From: Felis catus
Lineage: Eukaryota
DNA: 64,000 bases
Assembly (NCBI RefSeq): GCF_018350175.1
Contig: NC_058382.1
Location: 58,530,001-58,594,000, forward strand
Direction of reading: 5' to 3'
Below are positions 24,450 through 37,450 of the stretch, one piece after another; within the stretch, counting starts at the first letter, position 1; every line of letters starts with the position of its first letter. The translations under genes and the position numbers were made by a program. The notes below the pieces were generated by a model, which ran no database searches, had not been told where the DNA came from, and saw nothing but the letters and a program-made list of their open reading frames with translations.

Positions 24450-25450
24450 GGTCTGCGTGGCTCAGAAGGGGTCCGTTTCCGGGATGGCACCGTGTCCCCA
24501 GCTTGGCCATCGAGAGTGGGCTCTGCGTCCAGAGGAGAGCCCGGCCCGGGTGGGGGGGAGGGGACGGCAGCGGCTCCCGGGGCCGTGGGACCCGCCCGGC
24601 TCTTCTCCTTTCTGTTCCAGCCCTTCTCGGTCTGGATTTCGTTTCGCCTCAGGCTTCTGCCCCGACACACGTACACGAGACCGGAGAGGTTTCGGGGACC
24701 CCGCGCATCCAGGCAGCTCCACGGCGGCAAGGTGCCCGGCTCCCGAGATGAGTCACACGCACCTTTCTGATAAGAAAAGTGAAATCGCGAAGTTGGGGAC
24801 GGAAGGCGCCCGGCTCGGCGTGTCCTGCCCTAGGGAACAAGCGACTCCCAAAGAGGAATCGTTAGTGGAAGTCCCGCGTTTTGTGGGCGGCGGAAGGGGA
24901 ACTGGTCGGGGGTCCGGTTTCGGGGTCTCACCTCGCTCCCGCCCCGGGCCCAGAGTCCACGCTGTGCCGGGGCCGGCCCGTCCCTCTCCGGACACCTGTG
25001 CCTGCGTCGGGGGCCCGTCTTCCTGAGCAGCCGGGCGGCGGGGCCGCTGGGTTGCAACACGGCCGGCTGAGGTTTCTGCGGCGCCTCCAGTGAGAGGGCG
25101 GCCCAGGTGCTGCGGGCGGCCCGTGTGGGAGAGACCGAATTAGAGCCCCTTGGAGCCCCCCGCCCTCCACGCCCGGCCTGCGCCCCTGCAGGCCCGGCTC
25201 CCGGCCCGCACCCCACACGGCGGAGCCCCGCTCGGACACCCTGCCTCCTCTGCTTACCCGCTGGGCCGTCTCGTAGGCCACTGGCCGCGGCGGGCTTTGG
25301 CTTCCCGTCTGCGCAATGGGTGCGTGGACGGGACCCGCCTCTCAGGGAGGCCGGCGGCTCCGAGCGGCTGGACGCAGGCGGAGAGCTTGGGGACCCGCGA
25401 GGCGAACGCTGACGGCCCCCTTGCCGGAGGGGGTATGAAAATACTCAGCA
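24450..25450. promoter_or_regulatory. CpG-island-like segment with IRF/AP-1/ETS motifs (candidate IRF8 3' enhancer)
   Basis: Dense CpG. TTTCGTTTC 24637-24645, TGAGTCA 24749-24755, TGATAA 24768-24773, GAAAAGTGAAA 24774-24784, and several GGAA cores in 24800-24905. Confidence 0.55.
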
Positions 25451-27369
25451 GCGGCCTCACACTCGTGTATTCACTCAACACGGGTTTGTTGAGCACGTTC
25501 TGTGCGCCGAGCCCGGCACCAGGGCCGGTGGCTGAGACAGACTTCGACACAGACACAGCCCGTTTGTTTCTAGGGCTGGAGACGGGGCGAATGGCAACCC
25601 GAGGAGCCCGTGTTACTCACAGCGTGGAAGGTGCTAGAAAAGAAATCAGGAAAGGGCCGCTAGAGACGCTGCTGGGAGCTCAGCTCGCCCGGAGTGAGGG
25701 CAAGGCTTCCGGGCCGAGGGGGCGCCTGGGAAGGAGCGCGGTTCGTGTTGGCAGCCAGAGGGCAGGGAAGGGGCGAGGGGACAAGCCGAGGCCTCGGGGC
25801 GTGCGGGCTGGGGCCAGACCGCGTAGGGCCCAGCGGGGCTGTGCCTTCGGAGCCTCCATAGTTCTCAGGCGCGGTGCTGAGCCCTCCCACATGCTTTAGC
25901 CGGCAGGCCTGCCCTTAAGTGGTCACGGCAGCACCCCGTCCACACGCTCGGTAGCCCCGCACACCGGTGCTACGGAGTATCTGCGACGGGAACTCTCTGT
26001 GAGGACTCCCTGGCTCCCATGGACGCCGTTGTGGTAGCTTCCCCCTTATTTCTGCGTTTTATAAACTCTCTCCCACAAGCTGCCCAGCTTCCAGAGCGGA
26101 CAAAGAAACTTCAAACTTTGTAGTCAGACTAAGCTTGAAAGTACCCCAGTTTTTCCTGTGCATTTCGGGTGCTTCGGAACACATTGAAGGCTCTGAGAAG
26201 TCCTGCAGCCGAAGCCCAGTGCTTCCGAAACTAAATAGTGCAGGGAACCCTTGTCTTCCATGAGACCCTGGAAACTCATGAAACTAATGTGACATAAAAA
26301 AAATCCTTTGGAAAATGTGGCTTCATTCTGCGCATGAGCCCGTAGAGGTGTGGGGCCCGGAACCGTCTCCTACGACGCCCGGCACGGAGGGGGTGGCCAG
26401 TGTGAAAAGCAGGGATTGCGGGATGTTTCTGGAAGGGCTCATTCGGTTACTCTTGAGGAAGCAGAGGGCCCCTGGCCCCCCGGCACGGTCCTGGCTCCTG
26501 GCTGGGCGCAAACCGCCTCCCAGGACACCAGCCTCAGACAAGGTCGCCCAGAGGCCAGTGCCGGGGAGATGGAACGGGTCACCGTGTCGCCTGCGAGATG
26601 GCAAGCACTCTCCACTCTCGGCTCAAATGAGGGCTCCATCTGGGCTGCCCCCTGCCCTGCAGTTAGAGGAGCGGCCCCCCCTTGCCGAGCACCCAGTCCA
26701 GAGGGGACCCCGCGCTTAGACCCTCCCCAAGCTGCCCACCCAAGGCTCTAACACCTGCTCGATGCACGGTTCCCGCGGGAGGGTCCGCCCTCCCTGCAAG
26801 AGGAATAAACCGGATTCTTCCACCCCAGGGCAGGCGGGCCCCCCGGGGCTCTTGGCTGGAGGGTCCACACTCTCAGAAACAAACAGTTCTCTGAGCGAAA
26901 CTCCATCGGTTTTTTTTTTTTTTTTTCATAAATGAAGCATCTTTTTGAAAATCCACGGAGTGTATTTTGCCAAGATACTGGTCTTGAGAAAGCCTGACTC
27001 AGGGGGCCTGTGTTTTCACAGGAGCCGCGGGCCAGGAGGTCCCACAGAGAGTGATGCCCAGGTGACCCGTGACCGCCCTCTCCCGGGTCCGACCATACGC
27101 CCGGGCTCCCCAGACCGGAGCGGGGCTCCGCCTGACGACCCAGGCCTGCGGTCAGCGCGCTGCAGGAGCGGGGAGGGCGGGCTCGCCCCGCGGTCCCGCG
27201 TGGAGCTGGGTGAGGACTTACACGTTCTCGCTAAAGGGGGAAGACGTGGGTGAGGGCGTCGAGTTCAGGCTCCGTCAACAACGGGGCCACCTTGGCCGAG
27301 CTTTTCCGTTCCTGAACCTCACGCGCTGCATGCGCACCTGTTCGCCTGGTGCCCACAACCCTGCAAAGC

Positions 27370-27825
27370 GCGTGACTTAGTCGGCTGTGGCTCCTGTAAC
27401 GTTGGCACGAACTTGCCGGCTTAGAACCCGCGGACGGTTCTGGAGGCCAGAAGTCTGGCACAGCCCCCCGCCGAACCGGGCCGCGACCCGAGCCGTGTTC
27501 CTTCTGGAGGCTCCGCGGGGCGAGAACCCGCTGCCTTTGCTCCCAGCTCCTAGAGATGCCGCCTTGCCTGGCCGGGGCTCCTCCCGCACCCTCAAAACCC
27601 GCGTCGGGTGGAGCCCCCTTTACCTGCATCACTGACTCTCGCTTCCCCTTTTAAGGACCCCTGATGATGTTGGACCCCTCTGGCCGACCTGCCACTCTCT
27701 GTCTTCAAGTCGGCTGACTCACAGTCTCGTCTTCAGCCGTCACTCCGCTTTGCCGCGTAACCTGACATATCCACGGGGGATTTGGGCGTGCGTGTCTCTG
27801 GGGGGGGGACCCCTGGCAACCACTC
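27370..27825 (-). mobile_element. MaLR solo LTR (MLT1-like), reverse orientation
   Basis: gttctggaggccagaagtc...gtgttccttctggaggctc...ttttaaggaccc...ctttgccgcgtaacctgacatatccac. Confidence 0.75.
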
Positions 27826-28664
27826 CTCAGTCTAATCATTGTTCCCGTTACACAGTTGAACATACGGAGGCTCTGAGTGGCCAGCTGGCTTGCCCAGGAC
27901 CACACAGCGGGTAGGGGCTCTGGCCGGGTCCCTGGACCCTTCGTGTGGAGGCCAGGGGACCACCCTGCTCCACCCCCAGACCCTGCAGGCCTGATCGGAC
28001 TGCACACTTCTGCATTTTTGCTCTCCACGACCCCGGGGCTCGTGGGTCCCCGCAGCCTGAGCAGATGCAGTCTCTGTTCACTTAATCAGACCCCTGGCGC
28101 GCTGAGTGGAGTCCAGCTGGGAACATAGAGGAAGGTGAAAATAGGAAACCGTTAAGATCTGGGACCCAAGCGAATGGTTCTTGAAGGCCATAGGCCACCC
28201 CTTCTCTTGTCCGCAGCACCTGGGCACCTGCACTTTGAAAATCTCCTCTGGGGACTGGAATGTGTGACGTGGCCGTGGCGTGGCCATGAACCCCCCACGT
28301 AGGTCCTCTTTAAACCTGGCCGACCCTTCCGAGGGCGGGTGTAGAAATGAGTCCGCTCGTGGGTTTCGTCTTTGGATTTTTTTCTCTATGTTCTGAATTT
28401 ATTTTTGCAACGAGATTTAAAAAAATACAACAACAGGACAGTTTATTTCCTACCCTTGTTTGGGAGACAAAGACCCTCATCACGTGGAAAGCTGCGTGGG
28501 AAGGCTGGGGGAGGAAACCCACCCGGCCCCGTTCGGGCGCCAGGGGACCCGGTCAGCCAGCGCAGGCCCAGAGGTTGCCGGTCTGGGGGGCTCACTTAGC
28601 AGATACCAGGTTCTTTCTCTGCCGGCGAGTATCCTGTTCCATGACATAGAAGGCAAATGGGTTC

Positions 28665-28748
28665 CTGGGGGCTGGGTCTAGGGGCTGGGGGCTGGAGGCT
28701 GGGGGCTGGGGCTGGGGGGCTGGGAGCTGGGGGGCTGGGGGCTGGGCT
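28665..28748. repeat. (GGGGCT)n-like G-rich repeat
   Basis: About 12 degenerate ctgggg/ctggggg units. Confidence 0.85.
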
Positions 28749-30314
28749 TGCCTGGCTGGTCCCTCCCCACCAAGCCTGGACCGGCCACCTCTCCCCAGCC
28801 CACAGTACCATGGCTCTCTCAGCGGGGGCCGTCCAGGCACTCCTGCCTATTTCGGGTGCCTCGTCTGTCCCAGGCTCACATGAGCCCCTCTCCCACTCAT
28901 TCATGCTGCCTTTTCTCTAACCTGGGCTCGCTCTTGCACCATGGCCTGTGGGCTGGCATCCCAGGGATGTGTTTGGGGGGAAGGAGGCAGGTTCTTCCCA
29001 CCCGGCTGGTCAGGACGGGTGCTGGTGTGGGCAGGGGGGTTCTGGATGGGCTCCTGGTCCTCGCTGGGATGTGGTGAGGTCAGGGAGGGCTGCTTGGAAG
29101 AGGGGACGTCTGAGCCGATGTCAAGGGCTCAGCCAAACACAGAGCTGGGTGAGCAGGCTGCCTTCAGTCCAGAGAGCAGCGGTGTCCTTCAGGAAGCAGC
29201 AGCCAGCTTGGCTGGGCGGCACCTGGGGAAGGAGAGAGGTTTAGGCGAGCTCGGGGGCAGAAGGAAGCAGGAGCTTCCTTGTGAGTCCCCTCCGGGCCTC
29301 GTGCCCTGCACCGAGGGGGGGGGGCGGCCACGCAGGGCATTTGTGCCTCTGACTTGCCTGCAAGTGTGGGGACAGCCACAGAGCAGCTGGGGGGCTGTTT
29401 CACTCCGGGCCGGAGGCGGTGAGCCCGGACCCCAGGCTGGCCTTACGTGGGATACGACGTGAGGGAGCGCCGGGCTGTCTCCCCTGGGGGCTCGGAGGAA
29501 TCCCTGTGGCTCAGATGAGCCTCACGCGGTGGGGTGTCGGGCAGAAGCCGGGGAGGTGTTTGGGGCAAGGTCTCTCCAGGTCATGTGCCCTGTTCTAGAA
29601 ATCTAGTTATGCTCAGGGGCAGGACTCCCCCCGATCCGAGGAAGCCCTGTGGCTCTCTGGGGCTGAGCGTGGCGTCCCCTGGGCTGGCTGCATTCCAGAA
29701 GGCCCCGGTGAGAAAACCCGAAACATCGGTGTGTGTGTGTTGGGGGTGGGGGGTTGGTATCGTGAGGAAGGGAAACTAACCTTTCTCGTTGCCTCCCTCA
29801 CTCTGCCATTGGTTTGGTTGAGACACATCTTTCACCTTCATTTTTTTGAAAATTATAAAAATAATATAGCAACCGCATTATATAAAATTTGAAACAGGGA
29901 AAAAAAGAACTGCTCCCCACATTCCGCCTCCCGCCCCCACCCCAGACCACACCAACAGCTTTGGTCTTCATTCCGGCCTGAGACCATATTCTGAGCTGTG
30001 ATTAAAAAAGTTCTGTGTTTTGTGTTTTGTGTTTTTTTTTTTTTTTTTTTTAACATTATATCATGCAGGTTTTCCCCATTGTCACAGAATCGACCTGACA
30101 GAGCCCGTATGCCGTCCTCCATTCAGCTGTCCGCGTGTGGGTGGTCGTCGGGGTGGTCTGGAAATTTCTGATCCTTGTGGACGATGCTGCATGCTTTCTC
30201 TTTTGGGATGACGTCCAGGACTGGCTTTCCTGGGGGACAAGCTCTCCATCCTCTGTCCCACCCCTCACCCCACGGCAGCCTCGCAGGGCTCCCTGCTGCC
30301 CTCAGATGTGATGG

Positions 30315-30625
30315 GCATGGTCCTACCTCAGGGCCTTTGCACTGCTGTCCTGCCCCCCCCCCCCCCCCCCGATCATCCCTTCCAATCGTCCACATGGCTT
30401 TTCTTTTACTTCGTCCAGGGATCTGCTCAGATGTGACTTCCTCAGAGAGCTGTCCTCACTCCGCTGTTGTCCAGCCTTGTTTTTCTTGGGAGCACTTGCT
30501 ACCCTGTGACATTAATGCCGTTGGTGGCTTCCCGCTAAACGGTAAATGCCATGAGGGCAGGGACTGTGTCTTGTGCATGTCTAGCTTCTGCAGGTGCCTG
30601 GCACACAGGAGGAGGTCAGCGGCTC
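30315..30625 (+). mobile_element. L2a-type 3'-end relic
   Basis: cctcagggcctttgcactgctgt...ctgctcagatgtgacttcctcagagag...ccatgagggcagggactgtgtc...gtgcctggcacacagg. Confidence 0.8.
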
Positions 30626-32966
30626 TGGCTGACCGAACATTCAAACCCAGGGAGGGTGGTGGACATTTCCAGGTGCCCTGACGTGGGTGCCCATGTTGTT
30701 TCTGGAAGGTGTGGCCGTGTGCCAGCGCTTGTCCGTGGCTGGCTTCCGTGAAGGCGAATTTCCGCTGGGGATTTCCTCTGGTTCATTCACGCTCCAAAAC
30801 CACAGATATGAACATTCCAGGGTGTTAATTTGATAGGCACCAAGTTAATTTGGGCCAATCCCAGACCCAAGAAGTGCCGTTTTAGGCGCTCTTTGGCCCC
30901 CTCGGTCCTGGAGATGTTAGGCTACGTCTACGGACGGAGACCAAAGCGATCCACGCGAGCGTCCATTCAGTCCCCACGGCGGATGACCCCCCGTTGGAAA
31001 GCAGAGCGCGAGTGGTCCGGGCGATGCCGACCTGGCCCAGGGCAGCCTGAGCCGAACGGAGCTCCGGGGCTTCGATCCTGAATCTGACGCAGACGAGAAA
31101 GTAAGAGAAATGAGCCAGCTCGTGCAGCCTGGGCAAGAACGTCTTCTCTGGGGCCGAGCTCCCCTCTGGCTGGCGCTTTGCTCCTGACACGGGAGCCTGG
31201 CCGGCTGGATCGTGCCAGAACCAGCAGAGGAAAGCACAAGCCCGCGTTCTAAGACAGACTCGGACAGCAGCTCGCTGTGTGACCTCGAGTGTGTCCCTCG
31301 CCCTCCCTGAGTCCCGGGGGCCTCCTGTGTCGACTTTCCAGGCAGCCCCGGGTTTGCTCAGAGCTCACTGTGGTGCAGGTGGGACGGACACACGGGAGTC
31401 TTACTTCCAGGCACGGCCTCAGTGCCACCCGGCCGGTCCCTGCCGACGGTCTCAGCGAGGTAAGATGACCCGTGGAGAACGCTTCGCACACAGTGGGCTC
31501 TCAGTCTCGGTGATGCTAGTTTCCCGGTTAGATTTCTGGGCCAAGCAGTGGCTCGGGGTTCATTTCAACAAGCCTGTAGCCTCAGCCCCCCGGTGCCCAG
31601 GGCGCGGGCCATGGCCGGGTGATGGTTAGGGGCTTGTCCTGGCTTCCAGTCCCGGCCCAGCTGTTTCCAGCCTGGGTGGCCTTGGCCAAGTGGCTTCAAC
31701 AGCCTGAGATGAGTATCCTCCCCTCCACCAGGGCTCAGGGACAGTTGCTGTTTCCCAGGGCCCCGAGGACAGAGGTGAGCGGGAGAGCCCAAAGTCCCTC
31801 AGTGGAAGTAACCGGTGGTGATCCCTGTGGCGAATACCGGGCAGATCCACTCAGGAGGGGAGGGGAAGGTGTCTCCCACTGCATTTTAGCTCCTGGCAAG
31901 CGGCCGGGTGGGTCGCTGAGTCCGTGTGGCCTGGGTCACTGTCGGCCACTCCGAAGGGGAACTGATGTGTCCCTGCCGGCAGCCGGACCTGTGTCCTTGA
32001 GAGCCCAGGTCCCCGCGGGGGCCCCTCTGTCGACAGAGATAAAATGCCTGCCCTGGCTGGTGGTTCAGGCTGGCGGCAGACTCAGAGGAGGAGTCGCCCC
32101 ACGAGCGCGGCACTGAGGGGGCTCCCAGGGGCTGTCCCCCCTGCTGAGGGCTCACGGCCTGCTGACCTGCCAGCCACGGGGTGTCTGGTTTGAATTGTCC
32201 CGAGAAGGGGATGGTCACACAGCACAGCAGAGGGGGTCTCGGGCCCAGGCTGTGTGAGTCGGGGGACGGCTCTGGTACCTTCGTTGAGCTGGACGGGGCC
32301 CGGGTCCTCGTGCTCTGCCCCCGTCCCCCCCCCCCCCATGCACTGCCGGCCCCTCCCCACCACGCCCTGCACTGCTGGACTGGGCACCGTCACCTGCAGA
32401 CAGAGACCTCCTTAAGGGGCTCATTCCTGGGTGTGATGGGCCTGGGAATCTGCATTCTCATGAGCTCAGCAGGTGATCCTGATGCAGGTGAATGAAGATG
32501 TGGAGGGTCGGGACTCCCCTGGGCTCCTCTGCACCCCTGACCGCCCCTGTGCAACTTTGTTACAACCAATGAGCCACGACTGACAGGTCCTGGTCGCCCG
32601 AAGTCCCTTGTGCAGCACAGTCCGTGGGTGGGGACAGATGTCTAATGAGGTGCCCCTGGCACCCTACAGAACTGAGGCACTGCCCTCACTTTCTCGTCAG
32701 CTCCACCTGTCCCCGCTTCCTTTGCCCAGGCTCTGTTCTCCAAACGGGAAAAGCCGGGTGCGGGCGGACGTAAAAACGCACAGCATAAACCCAGAAGCCT
32801 TCTTGGAGCATTCATTTCGATAAGAGATTAGGGAGGGGTGGACAGAGTAATGCAACGAGCCATTAAATGTTTTATTAACAGAAAAGATGATGTTTTGTGG
32901 GTAATTGCAAAACACAGAGGGATCTTAAAGAGAACACCGGATACTTCGAAGAGATTTGGACCTTTT

Positions 32967-33197
32967 ATTTATTTATTTTTTTAATTTTTTTTTTCAACGT
33001 TTATTTATTTTTGGGACAGAGAGAGACAGAGCGTGAACGGGGGAGGGGCAGAGAGAGAGGGAGACACAGAATTGGAAACAGGCTCCAGGCTGTGAGCTAT
33101 CAGCCCAGAGCCCGACGCGGGGCTCGAACTCCCGGACCGCGAGATCGTGACCTGGCTGAAGTCGGACGCTCAACCGACTGCGCCACCCAGGCGCCCC
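32967..33197 (-). mobile_element. Young felid SINE (SINEC_Fc-like) with perfect 17-bp TSD
   Basis: TSD agagatttggacctttt at 32950-32966 and 33198-33214; CpG-rich intact body. Confidence 0.96.
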
Positions 33198-34309
33198 AGA
33201 GATTTGGACCTTTTAAAGTGGTACACCAAAAAGGTCCTGCTAGAAATTTAACTCTTTTCCAGAACCAACGACAACAACAAACCCCACGTATACCTATTTC
33301 CGTGGGGTAGCCACTCCCAGTGTGGCCGATCCAAGCCGCCAACGCGAGGTCCGCGGAACGCGAGGCTCGTCGTTACCCCTCGTGGGCTGGCGCGGTGCCT
33401 TCCAGAACGTCGCCGGCCTCGTAAGCCTCTGAGGAGCGGGGAGGGCGCTCAGATTTCTCTGTGGGATACAAAAGATCGGGACGCAGAGGCTAGGGGGGCG
33501 GGGGGAAGAATTGATTTTACGTCTCGGGATCAGCAGCCAAGCCAACAGTAGAGCCCAGCTCCCAAGATGCACAAGTGGATCCGCGGACCACGCGCTGGGT
33601 CCTAAGTTGTGAGTAGCGACCGAGAAGCTCACGTGTCGTGTGTAAACGAAGGTCGTCCTCAGTAAGGTACCACCACGGGCTCTACGCCCGCGCAGGTCAC
33701 ATGGAAAATAACACTCTCTACGCCTAAGTGCTACGCTCGTTAACTCCCTCACCCACTTGCCCCCTCACCGCTTCGTGGGCCAGTTAAGAAAACCGTCACC
33801 GGTGCTACCTTCATAGCACGTGTTGTACACAACGGGCAACGCAGAAGTGGGAGAAACAGCTCTCCAGCCTCCACTGAATGGGGCTCCGACGTGTGCACGG
33901 CCTCAAGCGGAGAAAACGCAAGGAAGATGTACGCGGAAAGCGAGACCTGAGTGGAACCTTCTGGGTTTCATCGGAAAGTCCTTGGCCCTCGCTTGGGCTC
34001 TCACCGCGCCGTTTTGCATTCGTCCGTGACTTGCGAGGCTGCCTGCCGGGCAGAGCTTCTCGGGGCCAGGCCGGGTAGGTCCTGTTTTGTCTAGAACTCC
34101 ACACCCAGCACCAGGCCGGCACGGGACAGGTGCACGGTGGATGTTCACGGAAGGGGGATGCTGGATGGGTTTCTCTGCCCCATGGCTCTGGCCGTCCTCA
34201 AATCTCCAACACTGTGTGATTTGTTCGCTCCCAAGTTTGACGGCCAAGGGCGAAGCCTGGTCGTTTACAAAGAGCCGTGCAGGGCCTGACAGAAGGCACC
34301 TTCTGGGAA

Positions 34310-34520
34310 CGGCTGCATCTGGAGCCTGATCATCGTGGGCTCAAGCCCATCTCTAGCACTCACTGGTGTGGCCTTCTCGAAGTCCTTTCTCCTCCCCGAG
34401 CCTCAGTTTCCCTGTCTGCACAATGGGAACAAAATGGCTTCCCCCCCAGGGCTTGGTGTCAGGATTAGAATAATGTACTCGGAGCGTCTAGCTGACGTCC
34501 GGCACCAGAGGGGCTCGCAG
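34310..34520 (+). mobile_element. MIR relic
   Basis: gagcctcagtttccctgtctgcacaatggg...aggattagaat. Confidence 0.65.
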
Positions 34521-36199
34521 TGAGGATACAAACGTGAGTCGACCTCCCAGTCGACTACCCCAGTCGACCTCCCTGGTAGCGGAAGATTCTCAGCCTGTCG
34601 AATTTGAGAAAAGGTACTCTGGAGATGATGCGGCTTTCGACTCTGAAAGACAGTGAGAACAGAAAGGGGAAGCCTCTTGCCCAAAGTCATCCAGCACGTT
34701 AATATCAACACCGGAACTCGACCGGGGCCCGCTCGCGGCCTCTCAGGCAGCTGTGCTGGGCACCCACAGCTTAGAGGCAGCAGGAAGGCGGAAAGGGGGC
34801 AGCGAGGGGCATGGGGCCTGGAGCCAGCTGACCTGCTTCGGGACAGGTGCAGCCCACCTCTGAGCCCCAGCAGCAGCTATTTAGGTACTAAGGTAACACA
34901 GCCGCCATGGTGCTTTGCAAACTGGAAAGGGCGGTGAACTCTTACCGGTAACCAGACCCGTCTCCGGACGCTTACGCCAGGCCCAGGGGGTGCGTTACGT
35001 GCCTCGTGTGTATTAAGTCCTGCCAGAAACCCCGAGAGGGAGCTCCTGGGTAACACCCCCCTTTCCTAGACAGCCAGCAGGACCAGAGAGGTGAAGTCAC
35101 ACGTCCAGGAGCAGGCACTGCTGATACTTGAACTTGGATCCCATGGACTCCAAACTCCCCACCTCCGACCAGCAGCCCGAGCTACCTCTGTGGGGTGTCC
35201 TGGGCTCCTGGAGCTGGGAGAAGGCCAGCCAGTGTGCCCGTCTGGGTCTCGCGGAAGCCTGGGCAGGGTCCGCACGGTTCGCCATGCACCAGCAGTGGGA
35301 TTCAGCCCAAGTCAGAAGGGGAAGCTGACGCGGTCTCCTTTTAGAATGGGAAACAGAAGTCGAGGGCCCGGCCACCTCTCGCACGGAGCCCCAGGGGTCA
35401 AGACCAAAATACTCTCCCGGCCCTTGAACTCCATCCTGCCCCCCATCCCCCGGGGCCCCACCAACGCCCCCTCGCTTCCCAGGTCAGCGAGCCCAAGCCC
35501 TGGGGGAGGCCAGCGGGCAGAGGTTTGGATGCACTTTGGAAACATCTGGCTCCTGAGGATGTTTCGTGGGAAGCTTGTATCCGCCCGCCTCTGAGTCCTC
35601 AGCTGAGCCAAGAGCAGGCAGGGTCTCAGAGACTGTGAGCTGGCCACCGTGACGGTCCCCGCAGCCCCACCGGGTTGGGTGCGGGGCGGACGGAAGGAGG
35701 AGCTCCCTCCACAGCCACGTTTCCAGGATTTCCAGGAGGGGTGCTCACGGGCCACTCTGGTTGGAAAGGAAGTGGTGGGGGGTGCTTAAACAGCTCTTTG
35801 GATAACAGTCAAGGAAATGCGAATTGTTCAAAACTAAGTACGCACGAAGGGCGGGTTGGGTTGGAGGGTGACGGCTGCCCCGCCCCTTGGCACCATCCTG
35901 AACTTCTCAAAGGCCAGGATCATCCAGGAATGGAGGGAGCAATGTCTCTGTTCTTTGCTGAGGTACCAGCCTGGCAGGTGGGACCCCGGGGTTTTTGCCA
36001 GATGTCCTCTATGACCACCGTGTGGGTCGCTCATGGGCGGAGCTTCCTGGAATCGGGGGCAAGTTGGGGTTGAAAGCCAGCTGCATCCTGTTCCCCAAGC
36101 TGGGTGTCTTCCTGGAGGAAGAGATACCTTTCCTAACTCAAAGGCCTGATGTGGGTTGGCATGGTACTGCTTCCTGGTCTTGTATCAGAAATATTAGAA

Positions 36200-36600
36200 G
36201 TGGAGTCCAACAGACTTACAGAATAAGGACATCTATTATTTCCTTAGTGGGGAGTTATGGGCGGCCTTCAGGGTCAGCTGCTCCCATGGCTCACAGATGC
36301 CCCCAAGGACCCAGGTCCTTCCCATCTGCCAACTTTGACATTGGCTTTGTCTTTGGTCACAAGATGGCGGCAGTCGCTCCGGACATCACATTCGGGTGAC
36401 AGGATCCAGACCAAGAAGAGACCACCTCTTCCGGGGCACTCTCCTGGGAGCGAGGAGCCTCTTCCCAGAAGCACCCTGGCTGACGTCTTACAAGTCATTG
36501 ACCGGAGCTGGGTCACGTGCCCATTGTTGGACCAATCGCTCTGGAGGGACACGATTGCACGAATGGTTGAGACTAATCAGAGGGGGTGGAAGGGAGGCTG
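36200..36600 (-). mobile_element. Ancient MaLR LTR fragment (MLT1J/K-like)
   Basis: caaggacccaggtccttcccatct...ggtcacaagatggcggc...gacatcacat...ttcccagaagc...tcattgaccggagctgggtcacgtgccc. Confidence 0.6.
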
Positions 36601-37450
36601 AGGGGAGTGTTCATCACAGCCGAAAGACCGTGATTGTGTGAGCCTTGTGGGGTCCTTCCCTCTGGAAATCGGGGTCTCCGGATTCTTCTGTGTCAGAACA
36701 GCCGTCCCACGTACAGCCGACTCAGAAGTCTGCTCCCACCCGCAAACCCCTACAGTGACCAACCTTTAACGCGCCCCTTGGCCGACAACGGATTTACTGG
36801 GCTGTTCCCAGAACGGAGCGACTCACAGCAGTTCCCCACCGCCCCTCAGCATTTTGGCTCAAGTTCCCTGAAGGTTTTCCTTCCACCCATCAAGTGGAGT
36901 CTTGGAAAGACCATCGGAAGGACTCGGCTTCCCTCAGTCATCTCTCCTGTCTCCCCCAACCGCCAGCTTTTTATTATGAAAACTTGTCAAACACACAGAG
37001 CAGTTAAGAGTGATGGACGCCAGTGTTTAGCCATGACCCCCATTCAACAGCTGTTACCATTCTGCCATATTTGCCTTCTGTCTCTCTGTTGATATTATGT
37101 GTTGATCGGTTGCAAGTGAGCTGTGGGCGTGTTGATGGAACACACACAAATACGCTCGCGGTGTCTGCTGAGGGTGAGCCCCGTCCTTCACCATCGTGCG
37201 GCAATTATCGCACAAAAGAAAAATGTGATAGAAATTTCAAAACCCAGCCCCTACCAACATTTCCCGGTCACGTATCCATCACGGGGATTCGCCAGGATCT
37301 GAAAAGAAAGTGAATTTACTCCAGCCTCTGAGGGGTTAATGGGGCTGGTTCTTTTATGGCCCCAAATGCACTGAAAAACACAGGCAGTCTTCCCTCCCCG
37401 CGGTCGAACTCACCCTTTTCTGTACTCCCTCTTAGATGTCTCGGTTTGGG

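Noticed and set aside
32385..32500. E2-box cluster as an enhancer
   Set aside because: The CAGGTG sites lie in MER5A-like sequence (ggaatctgcatt...caggtgatcctgatgca), so they are explained by the repeat.
34538..34573. Three GTCGAC-containing 12-13-bp units
   Set aside because: A tiny slippage duplication with no evident function.
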